36,167 nucleotides of DNA from an uncultured Oscillospiraceae bacterium. GTDB taxonomy: Bacteria; Bacillota; Clostridia; Oscillospirales; Oscillospiraceae. Position numbers and translations under genes: made by a program. This document shows, piece by piece, positions 16,882 through 26,415 of this stretch. The notes under the pieces were generated by a model. The model was not told the DNA's origin, made no database searches, and saw only the letters and a program-made list of their open reading frames with translations. Location: positions 1 through 36,167 of the forward strand of contig CAZHEG010000001.1 in the NCBI GenBank assembly GCA_964531435.1, given 5' to 3'. How positions within the stretch are numbered: the first letter of the stretch is position 1; every line of letters starts with the position of its first letter.

Positions 16882-19800
16882 TGAAACGGAACATGATGCG
16901 AAAAAACCTGACCCAGACCATCGTGAAGTCTTTGGGGCGGTATCTCGCCATTGTGGCGATCATCGCCCTGGGCTGCTCGATCTTCGTGGGTCTGAAGGTG
17001 ACGAAAACGGACATGATCGTCACGGGACAGGAATATACCGAGTCCCAGAATATGTTCGATCTGCGGCTTCTGAACACCTACGGCTGGGCCCAGGAGCAGG
17101 TGGATGCCGTTCGGGATCTTCCCGGCGTTTCCCATGCCGAGGGAAGCATCTATCTGGATGCCTTTGCCTCCATTGACGGGGACGATGAAAGCGTGTACCG
17201 CCTGCAGTCCATTACAGAGGATATCAACAAGGTCTACCTGATGGGAGGCCGTATGCCCAGGACCGCGAATGAATGCCTGGTGGACAGCAAGTACTATGGC
17301 GAGGATGACATCGGCCGCACCGTCCTGATCTCCTCCAACAACGATGCCGATACCCTGGACAGCCTGGTTTATCAGGAGTATACCATCGTCGGATACGTCA
17401 GCACCCCACTTTACATGGACATGACCCGGGGCAGCACATCCCTGGGCAGCGGCAGCATCGCCACCTACATCTACCTGCCGGCAGATGCCTTCGATGTGGA
17501 TTACTTCACGGAGATCTATGTCACCCTGCCCGGCCGGTGGGAAATTTATACCGACGCGTATAATGATGCCCTGGATTCCGCGGTGGAGAACATGGAGCTT
17601 CAGGTCGAATCCCTGGCCCAGCAGCGCTATACCCAGCTTCTGGCAGACGCGGAGCAGGCCTATGCCGACGGTATCAAAGAATATTCCGACGGACTTGGGG
17701 AGTTTGAAACCGGCCGCGCAGACGCTCTGCGGGCCCTGGATGAAGCTCTGGCAGAGCTGAAGGCCGCCCAGGAGGAGCTGAATGAAGGTGTTGCCGCCCT
17801 GAAAGACGGCGAAGAGCAGCTGAACGCCGCCCAGACCCAGATCGACGAGGGCCGCGCCCAGCTGGAAGCTGCCGCCCTGGAGCTGGAATACGCCAAATCC
17901 GAAGCCTATACCCAGATGGCGGCGGCCTACACCGCTCTGATGGAAAACTACAAGATGGTGACGGAAAATCTGGCTCTCGTCAACAGTGGCCTGACCCAGA
18001 TCGATGATGGCCTTGCCCAGATCGACGATGGCCTTGCCCAAATCGAGAGCAGCCTGCCCCTTCTGGAGGTCATGGTGAATCTGCTGCAGCTGCAGGTGAA
18101 AACCACCCAGAGTGCCCTGGATGCTGCCGTTGCGGCAGGGGATGAGGTCCTGGCAGCCTCGCTGCAGACGGAGCTGGATGAAGCAAATGCCAAGCTGGAG
18201 GAATACCGGGGCAACCTGACCCTGGCCCAGAGCACCAAAACCGAATTGGAGGCCACCCGAACCGAGCTGCAGACCCAGCGCAGCGAACTGGTGGCAAATC
18301 AGGCCACCCTGACCGCCGCCCTGGAGACCATTGATCTGGGCTTTAAGGAGCTGGAGACCAACCAGAGCATTGCCGAGAACCAGTTTGCCGCCGCACAGGC
18401 ACAGATCACCGCCGGATATCTGGAGCTGGATGCGGGTCAGGCCGAGCTCGACGCAAACCGCATAGAGCTGGAAGCCGGAAAGGAAGAGCTCGCCGCCGGA
18501 CAGGCCACCCTGGACGCCGCCTGGGAGGAATACTACCTCGGCAAGGCGGAGGCTTTGGCGGAGCTGGAAAGCGCCGAGGCGGAGCTGGCAGATGCCATGC
18601 AGCAGCTGGTTGACGCCCGGGAGACCATCGATTCCATGACGGATCCCACCGTCTACACCATGACCCGCAATACCAATGCCGGCTACCTTGCCCTGGACAG
18701 CAACTCCAACATCGTCTCCGGCATTGCCCGGATCATTCCCGTTTTCTTCATGCTCATCGCGGCCCTGGTTTGCATCACCACCATGACCCGCATGGTGGAG
18801 GAGGAGCGCACCCAGATCGGCACACTCAAATCTCTGGGCTACTCCAACGGCGCCATCATGGGTAAGTACATCTGGTATTCCGCAACGGCATCCATTATCG
18901 GCTGCGTTCTAGGCGTCGCCATTGGCAGCACCTTCTTCCCGAATTTGCTGTGGAATGCCTATGGCATCATCTTTAACATCCGTCCCAATGTTGCCCTGGT
19001 GGTGGATTGGGGCCTGAGCCTTGGCGTGTCCTTCGGCTATATCGCCGTTTCCAGCCTTGTGACCTGGTATTGCTGCCGCAGGACCCTGCGTGAGGTCCCC
19101 GCGGAGCTGATCCGCCCCAAATCTCCCGACGCGGGCAAGAAGATATTCCTGGAATATCTGCCCTTCTGGAAGAAGCTCAGCTTCCTGAACAAGGTCACCC
19201 TTCGCAATGTATTCCGTTACCGCCAGCGGTTCTTGATGATGCTGATCGGCATCGGCGGATGCACCGGCCTGCTGCTCACCGGCTTTGGCCTGGTGGATAC
19301 CATCGTGGACATTGCGGATATCCAGTTTGAAACCGTCAACCACTTTGATATTGAGGTCTATTTCTCCGAGGGCCAGAGCGAAGCGGACCGGGATGCGTTC
19401 CTGGACCGGCTGCAAAGTGAAAATATCGCCTCTGATGCCGGGTTCTTCTATCAGGCCAGTGTGGAGCTGGACTTCGACTCCAAGGTTCGGGATGTGTACC
19501 TCATCGCCGCGGATGAGGGGATTCAGGAGTACCTCAGCTTCCGTTATGACGACGAAACACTGAGCCTTCCCGGAGCGGGTGAAGCCCTGGTGTCCGTGGG
19601 TGTGGCGGAGGTTCTGGGTATTTCGGTTGGCGATACCATCCAGGTCCGCAATTCCGATCTGGAGTCCTTGACCCTGACGGTGGCGGGCATCTATGAAAAC
19701 CATGTCTATAACTATGTGGTGGTCTCGCCGGAAACGGTGGAGGAGCAGTGGGGCCGGATCCCCCAGGTCCAGATGGCCTTCCTTATGGTTTACGACGATG

Positions 19801-20306
19801 TGGATGTCCATGAGGCCGGCGCGGCAATCAGTAAGTTTGACGATGTGATCAACATTACCGTCTGCGAGGATTCTGCCGGAATGGTGGCAAAAATGATGGA
19901 GGCGCTGGAGCTGTTGCTGGTGGTGGTTATCCTGGCTGCGGGAGCACTGGGCGCCGTGGTGTTGTATAACCTGACCAATATCAACATCAATGAGCGGATC
20001 CGGGAGATCGCCACCATCAAGGTTCTGGGCTTTAATACCGCCGAGACCTCGGCCTATGTGTTCAAGGAAAATATCGTGCTCACCTTCCTGGGTACCGGCT
20101 TTGGTATCATCCTCGGCAGGCTATTCCTGGACTTCGTTATGGATAATATCAAGGTGGATATGGTCTGGTTCAAGACACGCCTGACTGTCCCATCCTACAT
20201 CTATGCCGTGCTCCTGACGCTTCTGTGTGCCCTGCTGGTCAATCTGGTTTTCCGCAGAAAGCTGGACCGCATCAACATGGCGGAGGCCCTCAAATCCGTG
20301 GAATAA
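16875..20306 (+). CDS. Large FtsX/MacB-like ABC permease with long extracellular coiled-coil insert
   Basis: Two permease halves (TTMTRMVEEERTQIGTLKSLGY; NLTNININERIREIATIKVLGF) and an Ala/Glu/Leu/Gln heptad region; start 16875 or 16881. Confidence 0.9.
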   Translation: MVMKRNMMRKNLTQTIVKSLGRYLAIVAIIALGCSIFVGLKVTKTDMIVTGQEYTESQNMFDLRLLNTYGWAQEQVDAVRDLPGVSHAEGSIYLDAFASIDGDDESVYRLQSITEDINKVYLMGGRMPRTANECLVDSKYYGEDDIGRTVLISSNNDADTLDSLVYQEYTIVGYVSTPLYMDMTRGSTSLGSGSIATYIYLPADAFDVDYFTEIYVTLPGRWEIYTDAYNDALDSAVENMELQVESLAQQRYTQLLADAEQAYADGIKEYSDGLGEFETGRADALRALDEALAELKAAQEELNEGVAALKDGEEQLNAAQTQIDEGRAQLEAAALELEYAKSEAYTQMAAAYTALMENYKMVTENLALVNSGLTQIDDGLAQIDDGLAQIESSLPLLEVMVNLLQLQVKTTQSALDAAVAAGDEVLAASLQTELDEANAKLEEYRGNLTLAQSTKTELEATRTELQTQRSELVANQATLTAALETIDLGFKELETNQSIAENQFAAAQAQITAGYLELDAGQAELDANRIELEAGKEELAAGQATLDAAWEEYYLGKAEALAELESAEAELADAMQQLVDARETIDSMTDPTVYTMTRNTNAGYLALDSNSNIVSGIARIIPVFFMLIAALVCITTMTRMVEEERTQIGTLKSLGYSNGAIMGKYIWYSATASIIGCVLGVAIGSTFFPNLLWNAYGIIFNIRPNVALVVDWGLSLGVSFGYIAVSSLVTWYCCRRTLREVPAELIRPKSPDAGKKIFLEYLPFWKKLSFLNKVTLRNVFRYRQRFLMMLIGIGGCTGLLLTGFGLVDTIVDIADIQFETVNHFDIEVYFSEGQSEADRDAFLDRLQSENIASDAGFFYQASVELDFDSKVRDVYLIAADEGIQEYLSFRYDDETLSLPGAGEALVSVGVAEVLGISVGDTIQVRNSDLESLTLTVAGIYENHVYNYVVVSPETVEEQWGRIPQVQMAFLMVYDDVDVHEAGAAISKFDDVINITVCEDSAGMVAKMMEALELLLVVVILAAGALGAVVLYNLTNININERIREIATIKVLGFNTAETSAYVFKENIVLTFLGTGFGIILGRLFLDFVMDNIKVDMVWFKTRLTVPSYIYAVLLTLLCALLVNLVFRRKLDRINMAEALKSVE
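17988..18047 (+). repeat. In-frame 21-bp tandem repeat (about 3 units) encoding heptads GLTQIDD-GLAQIDD-GLAQIE
   Basis: ggcctgacccagatcgatgat / ggccttgcccagatcgacgat / ggccttgcccaaatcgag. Confidence 0.8.
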
Positions 20307-20321
20307 GGACGTTGCGTTCAT

Positions 20322-20357
20322 TAAAAAATGCCTGCACTTCGGTGCAGGCATTTTTTA
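20322..20357. terminator. Bidirectional intrinsic terminator between ABC permease and aro operon
   Basis: Perfect 16-bp inverted repeat TAAAAAATGCCTGCAC-TTCG-GTGCAGGCATTTTTTA, T6 on both strands. Confidence 0.92.
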
Positions 20358-20789
20358 TCAGCCGTATTTTTCCTTGAGGTAGAGGATGGCCTCCCGGTAA
20401 CCCTCCAGGCCATGTCCTTTGATGGTCTTTTCGCAGTAGAGCCCGGGGTAGGAGATCTGGCGGAACGCCTCTCTTGCGTCCACATTGGAGATGTGCACCT
20501 CCACAGCGGGGATGCTCACGGACTTCAGCGCGTCCAGAATGGCAACGGAGGTATGGGTGTAGGCTGCCGGATTGATGACGATGCCGTCGATGCAGCCGTA
20601 GCTTACCTGGATCTTATCCACAATGGCGCCTTCGTGATTGGACTGGAATTGTTCGATCTGCAGCTCCTCTGCGCGGGCCGTTTCTTCAATGAGGGCCAGC
20701 AGGTCCGCAAAACTGCTCTTGCCGTAGATGCCCGGCTCCCGGATGCCCAGCATATTGATGTTGGGGCCGTTGATCACCAGAATTTTCAT
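20358..20789 (-). CDS. aroQ: Type II 3-dehydroquinate dehydratase
   Basis: NGPNINMLG.REP.IYG, QSNHEG, NPAAYTHTS, EVHISN, RE.FR. Confidence 0.96.
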   Translation of the reverse strand: MKILVINGPNINMLGIREPGIYGKSSFADLLALIEETARAEELQIEQFQSNHEGAIVDKIQVSYGCIDGIVINPAAYTHTSVAILDALKSVSIPAVEVHISNVDAREAFRQISYPGLYCEKTIKGHGLEGYREAILYLKEKYG

Positions 20790-22000
20790 TTCAGCACCTC
20801 CAGAATTTGATGAACTGCTTCTTCCGCACTGCCGTTATTGTCAACGGTTTGGTCCGCAAACCGCTGGTACATACCCTTGCGCACCGCATACATATCCGAG
20901 AGCCTTCCCGCCTGGGACAGGGGCCGGCCGTCGGTTGGAAGCTTGTCAATGTCCCGCTGCAGCCAGAATATGGTGCCGTTTTGATGCAGGGGCAGATAAT
21001 TTTCTTCCCGGGTGACACAGCCGCCGCCGGTGGCGATCACCAGGCCCGAACGCTTTCCCAGCTCCCGGAGTACCTGGGTCTCAATGCTGCGGAAGCCTTC
21101 CTCACCGTCCCTGGCGAAGATCTCTGGGATCGGCATGCCTGCCGTTTCCTGGATCAGCGCGTCCGCGTCGGCAAACTCCTTGCCAAGCCTGTCCGCCAGC
21201 AGCTTTCCCACGGTGGATTTGCCGCAGCCGGGCATACCGATCAGAACGGTGTTCTCCATTTTGGCGCGGAGCATCCCGTGGATCTCCCGGATCTGCCCGT
21301 CGGGAAGGGGAGAGCCTGTGAACCACTCGGAGCTTTCCTTCGCCTGGGCAACCAGCATTAGCAGGCCGTTCATGGTCACCAGTCCCCTGGCCTGTGCATC
21401 CAGCAGCAGCTGGGTCCGGGCGGGATTGTACACCACATCCAGCACCCCTTCCAGGGCAGGGAATTGCTCCAGCGCCACCGGGGACTGTTCCACGTGGGGG
21501 TACATTCCCACCGGGGTGGTGTTGACGATCACGGCGGCATCACGGTGCAGGGTGAGGTTACCGTAGTTGTTTTCGCCGCTGCGGGAGATCACCACCACAT
21601 TGGCACCCTGCTCCCGCAGGACTGCCACCGCGGTGTTCGATGCGCCGCCGCTGCCCAGCACCAGCACCTTTTTGCCGCTGACCGTCAGGCGGCTTTCCCG
21701 AAGCATCATTTCAAAACCGAAACAGTCGGTGTTATGACCGATGAGCTTCCCGTTTCGGCGAACGACGGTATTCACCGCGCCCAGTCTCTGCGCCCGGTCC
21801 GACAGCCCGTCCAGGTATGGAATGACCTCTTTTTTGTAGGGAACCGTGACATTTATGCCGGTAAAATCCCCATTTTTCAGAAATTCTCCAACTTCTTCCG
21901 GCTCTTTTTCAAACAGCTCATAGCTGTACTGCCCGAGATAGGAGTGAATCAGGGGAGAGTAGCTGTGGCCGAGCTTGCGGCCCAGAAGTCCACATTTCAT
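20786..22000 (-). CDS. aroE: Shikimate dehydrogenase (AroE) - shikimate kinase (AroK) fusion
   Basis: N-terminal HSYSP.IH, NVTVPYK, GAVNT, GHNTD, GSGGA; C-terminal GMPGCGKST, GEEGFR..E, ATGGG, RPL; ATG 22000 overlaps the pheA stop. Confidence 0.93.
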   Translation of the reverse strand: MKCGLLGRKLGHSYSPLIHSYLGQYSYELFEKEPEEVGEFLKNGDFTGINVTVPYKKEVIPYLDGLSDRAQRLGAVNTVVRRNGKLIGHNTDCFGFEMMLRESRLTVSGKKVLVLGSGGASNTAVAVLREQGANVVVISRSGENNYGNLTLHRDAAVIVNTTPVGMYPHVEQSPVALEQFPALEGVLDVVYNPARTQLLLDAQARGLVTMNGLLMLVAQAKESSEWFTGSPLPDGQIREIHGMLRAKMENTVLIGMPGCGKSTVGKLLADRLGKEFADADALIQETAGMPIPEIFARDGEEGFRSIETQVLRELGKRSGLVIATGGGCVTREENYLPLHQNGTIFWLQRDIDKLPTDGRPLSQAGRLSDMYAVRKGMYQRFADQTVDNNGSAEEAVHQILEVLK

Positions 22001-23142
22001 CACACTACCTCGCTGTAGCTGCCCAGATACTTGAATTCCTCGCACAGCTCGTCCAGCTCACACATCAGCTGAACGAATTCCCCGGAGTAAATGGAGGTAT
22101 CCAGGTCGAAATAGAACATGAACTCGAATTCCCGGTCAGGGATGGGGCGGGACTCCAGCTTGGTCACATTGATGCCCAGGGTGTAAAGCCGTGCCAGCAC
22201 CCGGTACAGGGAACCGGGGCGGTGGGGCAGCACCATCATGATGCTGGTCTTGTCAGCTCCGGGGTAGATCTCCAGGTTCTTGCTGATGCAGATGAAGCGG
22301 GTGCGGTTGTTGCCCTTGTCCTGAACGGAGGCTGCCAGGCAGGTAAGACCGTACAGCTCCATGCAGCTGCGGCTGGAGAGGGCCGCAATGTCGTTGCGGT
22401 GGGAGTCCGCCACCATTTTTGCCGCAACGGCAGTATTTTCCACAGGGATGATCTTCACGCCCTCCAGGCTGCCCAGGAAGCCGGCACACTGGCCGATGGC
22501 CTGCTCGTGGGAGTAGATCTCCTTGATGTCGCTGAGCTTCGTTCCGGGGTTCACCAGCAGATTGTGGTCGATCTTCAGCCGGAAGGTGCGGACGATGGAG
22601 AAATTATGCTGGATCATCAGGTCGTAAACCTTTTTAACGGAGCCGGCGGTGGAGTTTTCGATGGGCAGGATGCCGTAGGTGCAAAGACCCTGATCGATGG
22701 CGTTGAACACACCCTCAAAGTTTTTGAAGTACATGATGAAGGGATTCTTGAAGATCTTTTCGCAGGCGATCTGGGAATAGGCTCCCTCCACACCTTGGCA
22801 GGCCACCATGGCATTCTGGGGGAAGAGCTTGGGAGTGTGCTCGATGGCAGATTCGATCTGCCGGTGCAGGGGGGTGGAAATATCATTGCGCTTGGACTGG
22901 TAGCTTCGGCTCAGCTCAAAGATCATGGAGTACAGCACCCGGGCGTAATTGCCCATTTCGTCGCCGGCCTTTTCGGATACGTCCCGCAGGATCTCCCGCT
23001 CCCGGGCGGGGACCAGGATGGGCAGATCGTGTTGTTTTTTGTAATCTGCTACCCGGGCGGATACCTCCATCCGCTTCACAAACAGGCGAACCAGTTCGTC
23101 ATCAATTTCATCGATTTCTTTTCGAAGGTCTTTGATATCCAT
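22000..23142 (-). CDS. pheA: Bifunctional chorismate mutase / prephenate dehydratase with ACT domain
   Basis: LRKEIDEIDDELVRLF..R CM domain; QG.EGAYS, PIENS..G, SHEQA..QC, TRF, ESRP; start ATG 23142. Confidence 0.95.
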   Translation of the reverse strand: MDIKDLRKEIDEIDDELVRLFVKRMEVSARVADYKKQHDLPILVPAREREILRDVSEKAGDEMGNYARVLYSMIFELSRSYQSKRNDISTPLHRQIESAIEHTPKLFPQNAMVACQGVEGAYSQIACEKIFKNPFIMYFKNFEGVFNAIDQGLCTYGILPIENSTAGSVKKVYDLMIQHNFSIVRTFRLKIDHNLLVNPGTKLSDIKEIYSHEQAIGQCAGFLGSLEGVKIIPVENTAVAAKMVADSHRNDIAALSSRSCMELYGLTCLAASVQDKGNNRTRFICISKNLEIYPGADKTSIMMVLPHRPGSLYRVLARLYTLGINVTKLESRPIPDREFEFMFYFDLDTSIYSGEFVQLMCELDELCEEFKYLGSYSEVV

Positions 23143-23143
23143 G

Positions 23144-24232
23144 TCACTTTCTCCTGTTTGTTTGGGTATTACCCAGAATGGTGTCAAAAATCGCGATGGC
23201 GGCGGCTGCTTCCACCACAGGCACTGCCCGGGGGACGATGCAGGGGTCATGCCGGCCCTTGACGGCGAGGGTCTGCTCCTCCATGCGGGAGAGGGAAATG
23301 CTCTGCTGGGGAACGGAGATGGAGGGCGTGGGCTTGAAGGCCGCCCGGAAGATGACGCTCATTCCGTTGGTGATGCCGCCGAGGATGCCGCCTGAATGGT
23401 TTGTTTTCGTCAAAAGCTGACCGTCCTTGACACAATAGGCATCATTATTGACACTTCCCGGCAAAGCCGCGGCATCCATTCCGGCACCGAATTCGACACC
23501 CTTCACCGCCGGAATACCAAAAACGATCTGGGCGATCTTGCTCTCAATACCGCCGAACATGGGCTCGCCGATGCCAGCGGGAAGGCCGGTGACGGCACAT
23601 TCGACGGTGCCGCCGACACTGTCCCCGGCTTGACGGGCCTGGGCGATGACCTCACGCATTTTCAGGCCCGCGGCGGGGGAGAGGACGGGAAATTCATCTC
23701 CCACCAGATCGGTTTCCGGAGCAACAGGATCGAACCGGTCATCCTGAACATCCGCGATGGAAGAAATATGAGCGCTGATCTCAATGCCCATTTCCGCAAG
23801 CCACTGCTTGCACAGTCCGCCGGCGATGCACAGAGGTGCCGTCAGCCGTCCGGAGAAGTGACCGCCGCCGGCAGCATCCTGAAAGCCGCCGTATTTGATT
23901 TGGGCCGTATAGTCGGCGTGGCCGGGCCGGGGACAGTCCTTCAGGTTCTCGTAGTCGCCGGAGCGGGTATTTTTGTTGTAGATGACGGCTGCGATGGGGG
24001 CGCCGCAGGTGAAGCCATCCAGGATTCCCCCTAAAAATTCGGGGCGGTCCTCCTCTTTTCGAGGGGTTGACCAATCATTCTGCCCCGGCGCGCGGCGGTT
24101 CAGGAAGGTCTGCAGTTCCTCCGGGTCAACAGGGAGCCCCGCGGGAATGCCGTCCAGCGTCATGCCGATGGCGGGGCCGTGGGACTGGCCGAAGATGCTG
24201 AGTTTTAAATTATCACCGTAGGTCGAGCTCAT
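23144..24232 (-). CDS. aroC: Chorismate synthase
   Basis: FGQSHG, RR.PG, RPGHAD, GGGHFSGRLT, GDSVGG, GGI.GGITNG, KPTPS, RHDPC; start ATG 24232. Confidence 0.96.
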   Translation of the reverse strand: MSSTYGDNLKLSIFGQSHGPAIGMTLDGIPAGLPVDPEELQTFLNRRAPGQNDWSTPRKEEDRPEFLGGILDGFTCGAPIAAVIYNKNTRSGDYENLKDCPRPGHADYTAQIKYGGFQDAAGGGHFSGRLTAPLCIAGGLCKQWLAEMGIEISAHISSIADVQDDRFDPVAPETDLVGDEFPVLSPAAGLKMREVIAQARQAGDSVGGTVECAVTGLPAGIGEPMFGGIESKIAQIVFGIPAVKGVEFGAGMDAAALPGSVNNDAYCVKDGQLLTKTNHSGGILGGITNGMSVIFRAAFKPTPSISVPQQSISLSRMEEQTLAVKGRHDPCIVPRAVPVVEAAAAIAIFDTILGNTQTNRRK

Positions 24233-25379
24233 AATTACCTCCCAAAGCAGCATATTCATCCCAGAAGCCGGGATAGGATTTATTCACGCACTGTGCGCCG
24301 GTGATGGACACCGGCTCCTTGCAAACCGTTGCGGCGATGGCAGCGGACATGGCGATGCGGTGATCGTTGCAGGCATCCACCCTGCCACCCAGCAGTCCGG
24401 TGGCGTATACCGTGAGGGTATCGTCTGTTGCTTCCGCTTTGCCGCCCAAAGCATCGATCATGGCGATGGTGGAGGCCACACGGTCCGATTCCTTCAGCCG
24501 CAGACGCTGGATATCCGTAAACACAGCGCCGCCGGAAACCGATGCAACTACGGACAAAACCGGCACCAGATCGGGAATATCCGACACGGATTCGACGATT
24601 TTTTCCGGGAGCTTTTGCAGCAGATCAGCAATTTTTCGGTCTCCCTGGGGGCTTTTTGGGTCCAGTTGCATCACGCCAATTTCACTTCCCAGGGCTTTTG
24701 CCGCCAGCCAGAAGGCACCGTTGCTCCAGTCGCCCTCCACCTGGATGCTGCCGGGGGAGTGGTAGCGGGGCGCGCCGAAGAGGGACATGGCCTTTTTGGT
24801 CATATCGATGTAGGGCCTTGACTCGATCTTGCCCGTAACCTCCAATTGGGTTTCACCGGGGATAAGGGACAGGGCGAACAGAAGGCCTGTGATATACTGG
24901 CTGGAAACGCCGCCGTCGATGCTGTAATGGCCTGGCTGCAGCTTTCCGGTGCAGCGGATGGTATCCTGGGTAGGACGGGTCAGGGTGCAGCCCATCCGCT
25001 CCATCTCTTCCCACAGGGGGGACAGGGGGCGCTGGGGGAGCCGGCCCTCCATGCGGAAGGTGGCATCCACACCCAAGGCGCCCGCGATGGGCAGCATAAA
25101 GCGCAGGGTGGAACCGCTTTCACAGCAATTGAGGGTTGCCCGGGCGGGAACCTGGGCCAATGGCTTTACGGCGTAGCCCCAGCTGTGCCGCAGGATGGAC
25201 GCACCCAGGGCATTCAGGCAGTCCACCGTTGCCTCGATATCCCGGTTGGTTTGGGAGCAGAGAAGCTCCGTTTCGTTGTCGGAAAGGGCCGCGCAGATCA
25301 GCAGGCGGTGGGCCTGGGATTTGGAGGGGATGACATTGACGGTGCCCCGGAGCTTCCCGGGCCGGATGGTAATGTCCAT
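24213..25379 (-). CDS. aroA: 3-phosphoshikimate 1-carboxyvinyltransferase (EPSP synthase), compact 388 aa
   Basis: PSKSQAHR, ESGSTLRF, RP, SSQYITG, SRPYIDMT, EGDWS, DIPDL, LRLKESDR, DHRIAM, KSYP.F; start ATG 25379. Confidence 0.95.
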   Translation of the reverse strand: MDITIRPGKLRGTVNVIPSKSQAHRLLICAALSDNETELLCSQTNRDIEATVDCLNALGASILRHSWGYAVKPLAQVPARATLNCCESGSTLRFMLPIAGALGVDATFRMEGRLPQRPLSPLWEEMERMGCTLTRPTQDTIRCTGKLQPGHYSIDGGVSSQYITGLLFALSLIPGETQLEVTGKIESRPYIDMTKKAMSLFGAPRYHSPGSIQVEGDWSNGAFWLAAKALGSEIGVMQLDPKSPQGDRKIADLLQKLPEKIVESVSDIPDLVPVLSVVASVSGGAVFTDIQRLRLKESDRVASTIAMIDALGGKAEATDDTLTVYATGLLGGRVDACNDHRIAMSAAIAATVCKEPVSITGAQCVNKSYPGFWDEYAALGGNYELDLR

Positions 25380-25380
25380 A

Positions 25381-26415
25381 TCAAAGACCTTCTTCAATAA
25401 AGGATTTCAGCGTTTCTATGGGGGTGGGAACAATGTCGCAGCAGCCGATCCGGCGGGGAACGATCAGCTTTACCGTGCCGCCGCTGCGCTTTTTATCGGA
25501 AAGGGTGTAGTTGTAGATGTCCTCCGGGGGATAATCCGTGGTGACAGGAAGGCCAAAGGCTTCGAGGCAGGAGATGATCCGCGGGCTGTCGGGGCAACCG
25601 GATGCCCGGGCCACGATGGCCATGCCGATGGCGACGGATTTGCCATGGGACAATGTGAAATTGCTGCGGGCCTCCACACCGTGTCCGATGGTGTGGCCCA
25701 GATTCAGCTTCATCCGCGCTCCGGTGTCGAATTCGTCCTCCATCACAACCTGCCGTTTCAGATCCACACAGCGGGCGATGACGGTTTCCCGGTCAAAGCC
25801 GAGGCCGTCCCGCTCCAGGGTGGCAAACAGGTCGGGATCATACAGAACGCCGTATTTGATCACCTCGGCGCAGCCGTCACGGAAAATTTCAACAGGCAGG
25901 GATCGGAGGGTATCGGTGTCGCAGAGCACCAGGCTTGGCTGGCAGAAGGCACCGCAAAGATTTTTGCCCGCGGGCAGGTCGATGGCGGTCTTTCCGCCGA
26001 CGGAGGAATCCACAGCCGCCAGAAGGGTGGTGGGCAGCTGGATAAAGCGGATGCCCCGCAGGAAGGTGGCGGCGGCAAACCCGGCAAGATCACCCACAAC
26101 GCCGCCGCCCAGGGCCACGATGAGGTCGGTGCGGGTCAGGTGGCTGACAGCCAGATGGTTCATAAGGCTGAGGTAGGTGCTGCCGTTTTTGCTCTCTTCT
26201 CCGGCAGGGAAAACAAAGGAAACCACGGAAAATCCGGCGTTTTCCAAACTATCCTGCACAGTTTTGCCGTAGAGGGGCCACACGGTGGTCTCGCTGACGA
26301 TGCAAACGGACTTGGCGCCGCCCAGGGCTGATGCTTCCATGCCCACCGTAGAAAGCAGGCCGGAGCCGATCTTGACGGCATATTGCTTTGAGGCGTTTAC
26401 AGTTACGGTTTTCAT
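25381..26415 (-). CDS. aroB: 3-dehydroquinate synthase
   Basis: GE..K, ALGGGVVGDLAGF, PTTLLA.VDSSVGGKT, KN, LNLGHT.GH, HG..V, DKK. Confidence 0.96.
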   Translation of the reverse strand: MKTVTVNASKQYAVKIGSGLLSTVGMEASALGGAKSVCIVSETTVWPLYGKTVQDSLENAGFSVVSFVFPAGEESKNGSTYLSLMNHLAVSHLTRTDLIVALGGGVVGDLAGFAAATFLRGIRFIQLPTTLLAAVDSSVGGKTAIDLPAGKNLCGAFCQPSLVLCDTDTLRSLPVEIFRDGCAEVIKYGVLYDPDLFATLERDGLGFDRETVIARCVDLKRQVVMEDEFDTGARMKLNLGHTIGHGVEARSNFTLSHGKSVAIGMAIVARASGCPDSPRIISCLEAFGLPVTTDYPPEDIYNYTLSDKKRSGGTVKLIVPRRIGCCDIVPTPIETLKSFIEEGL

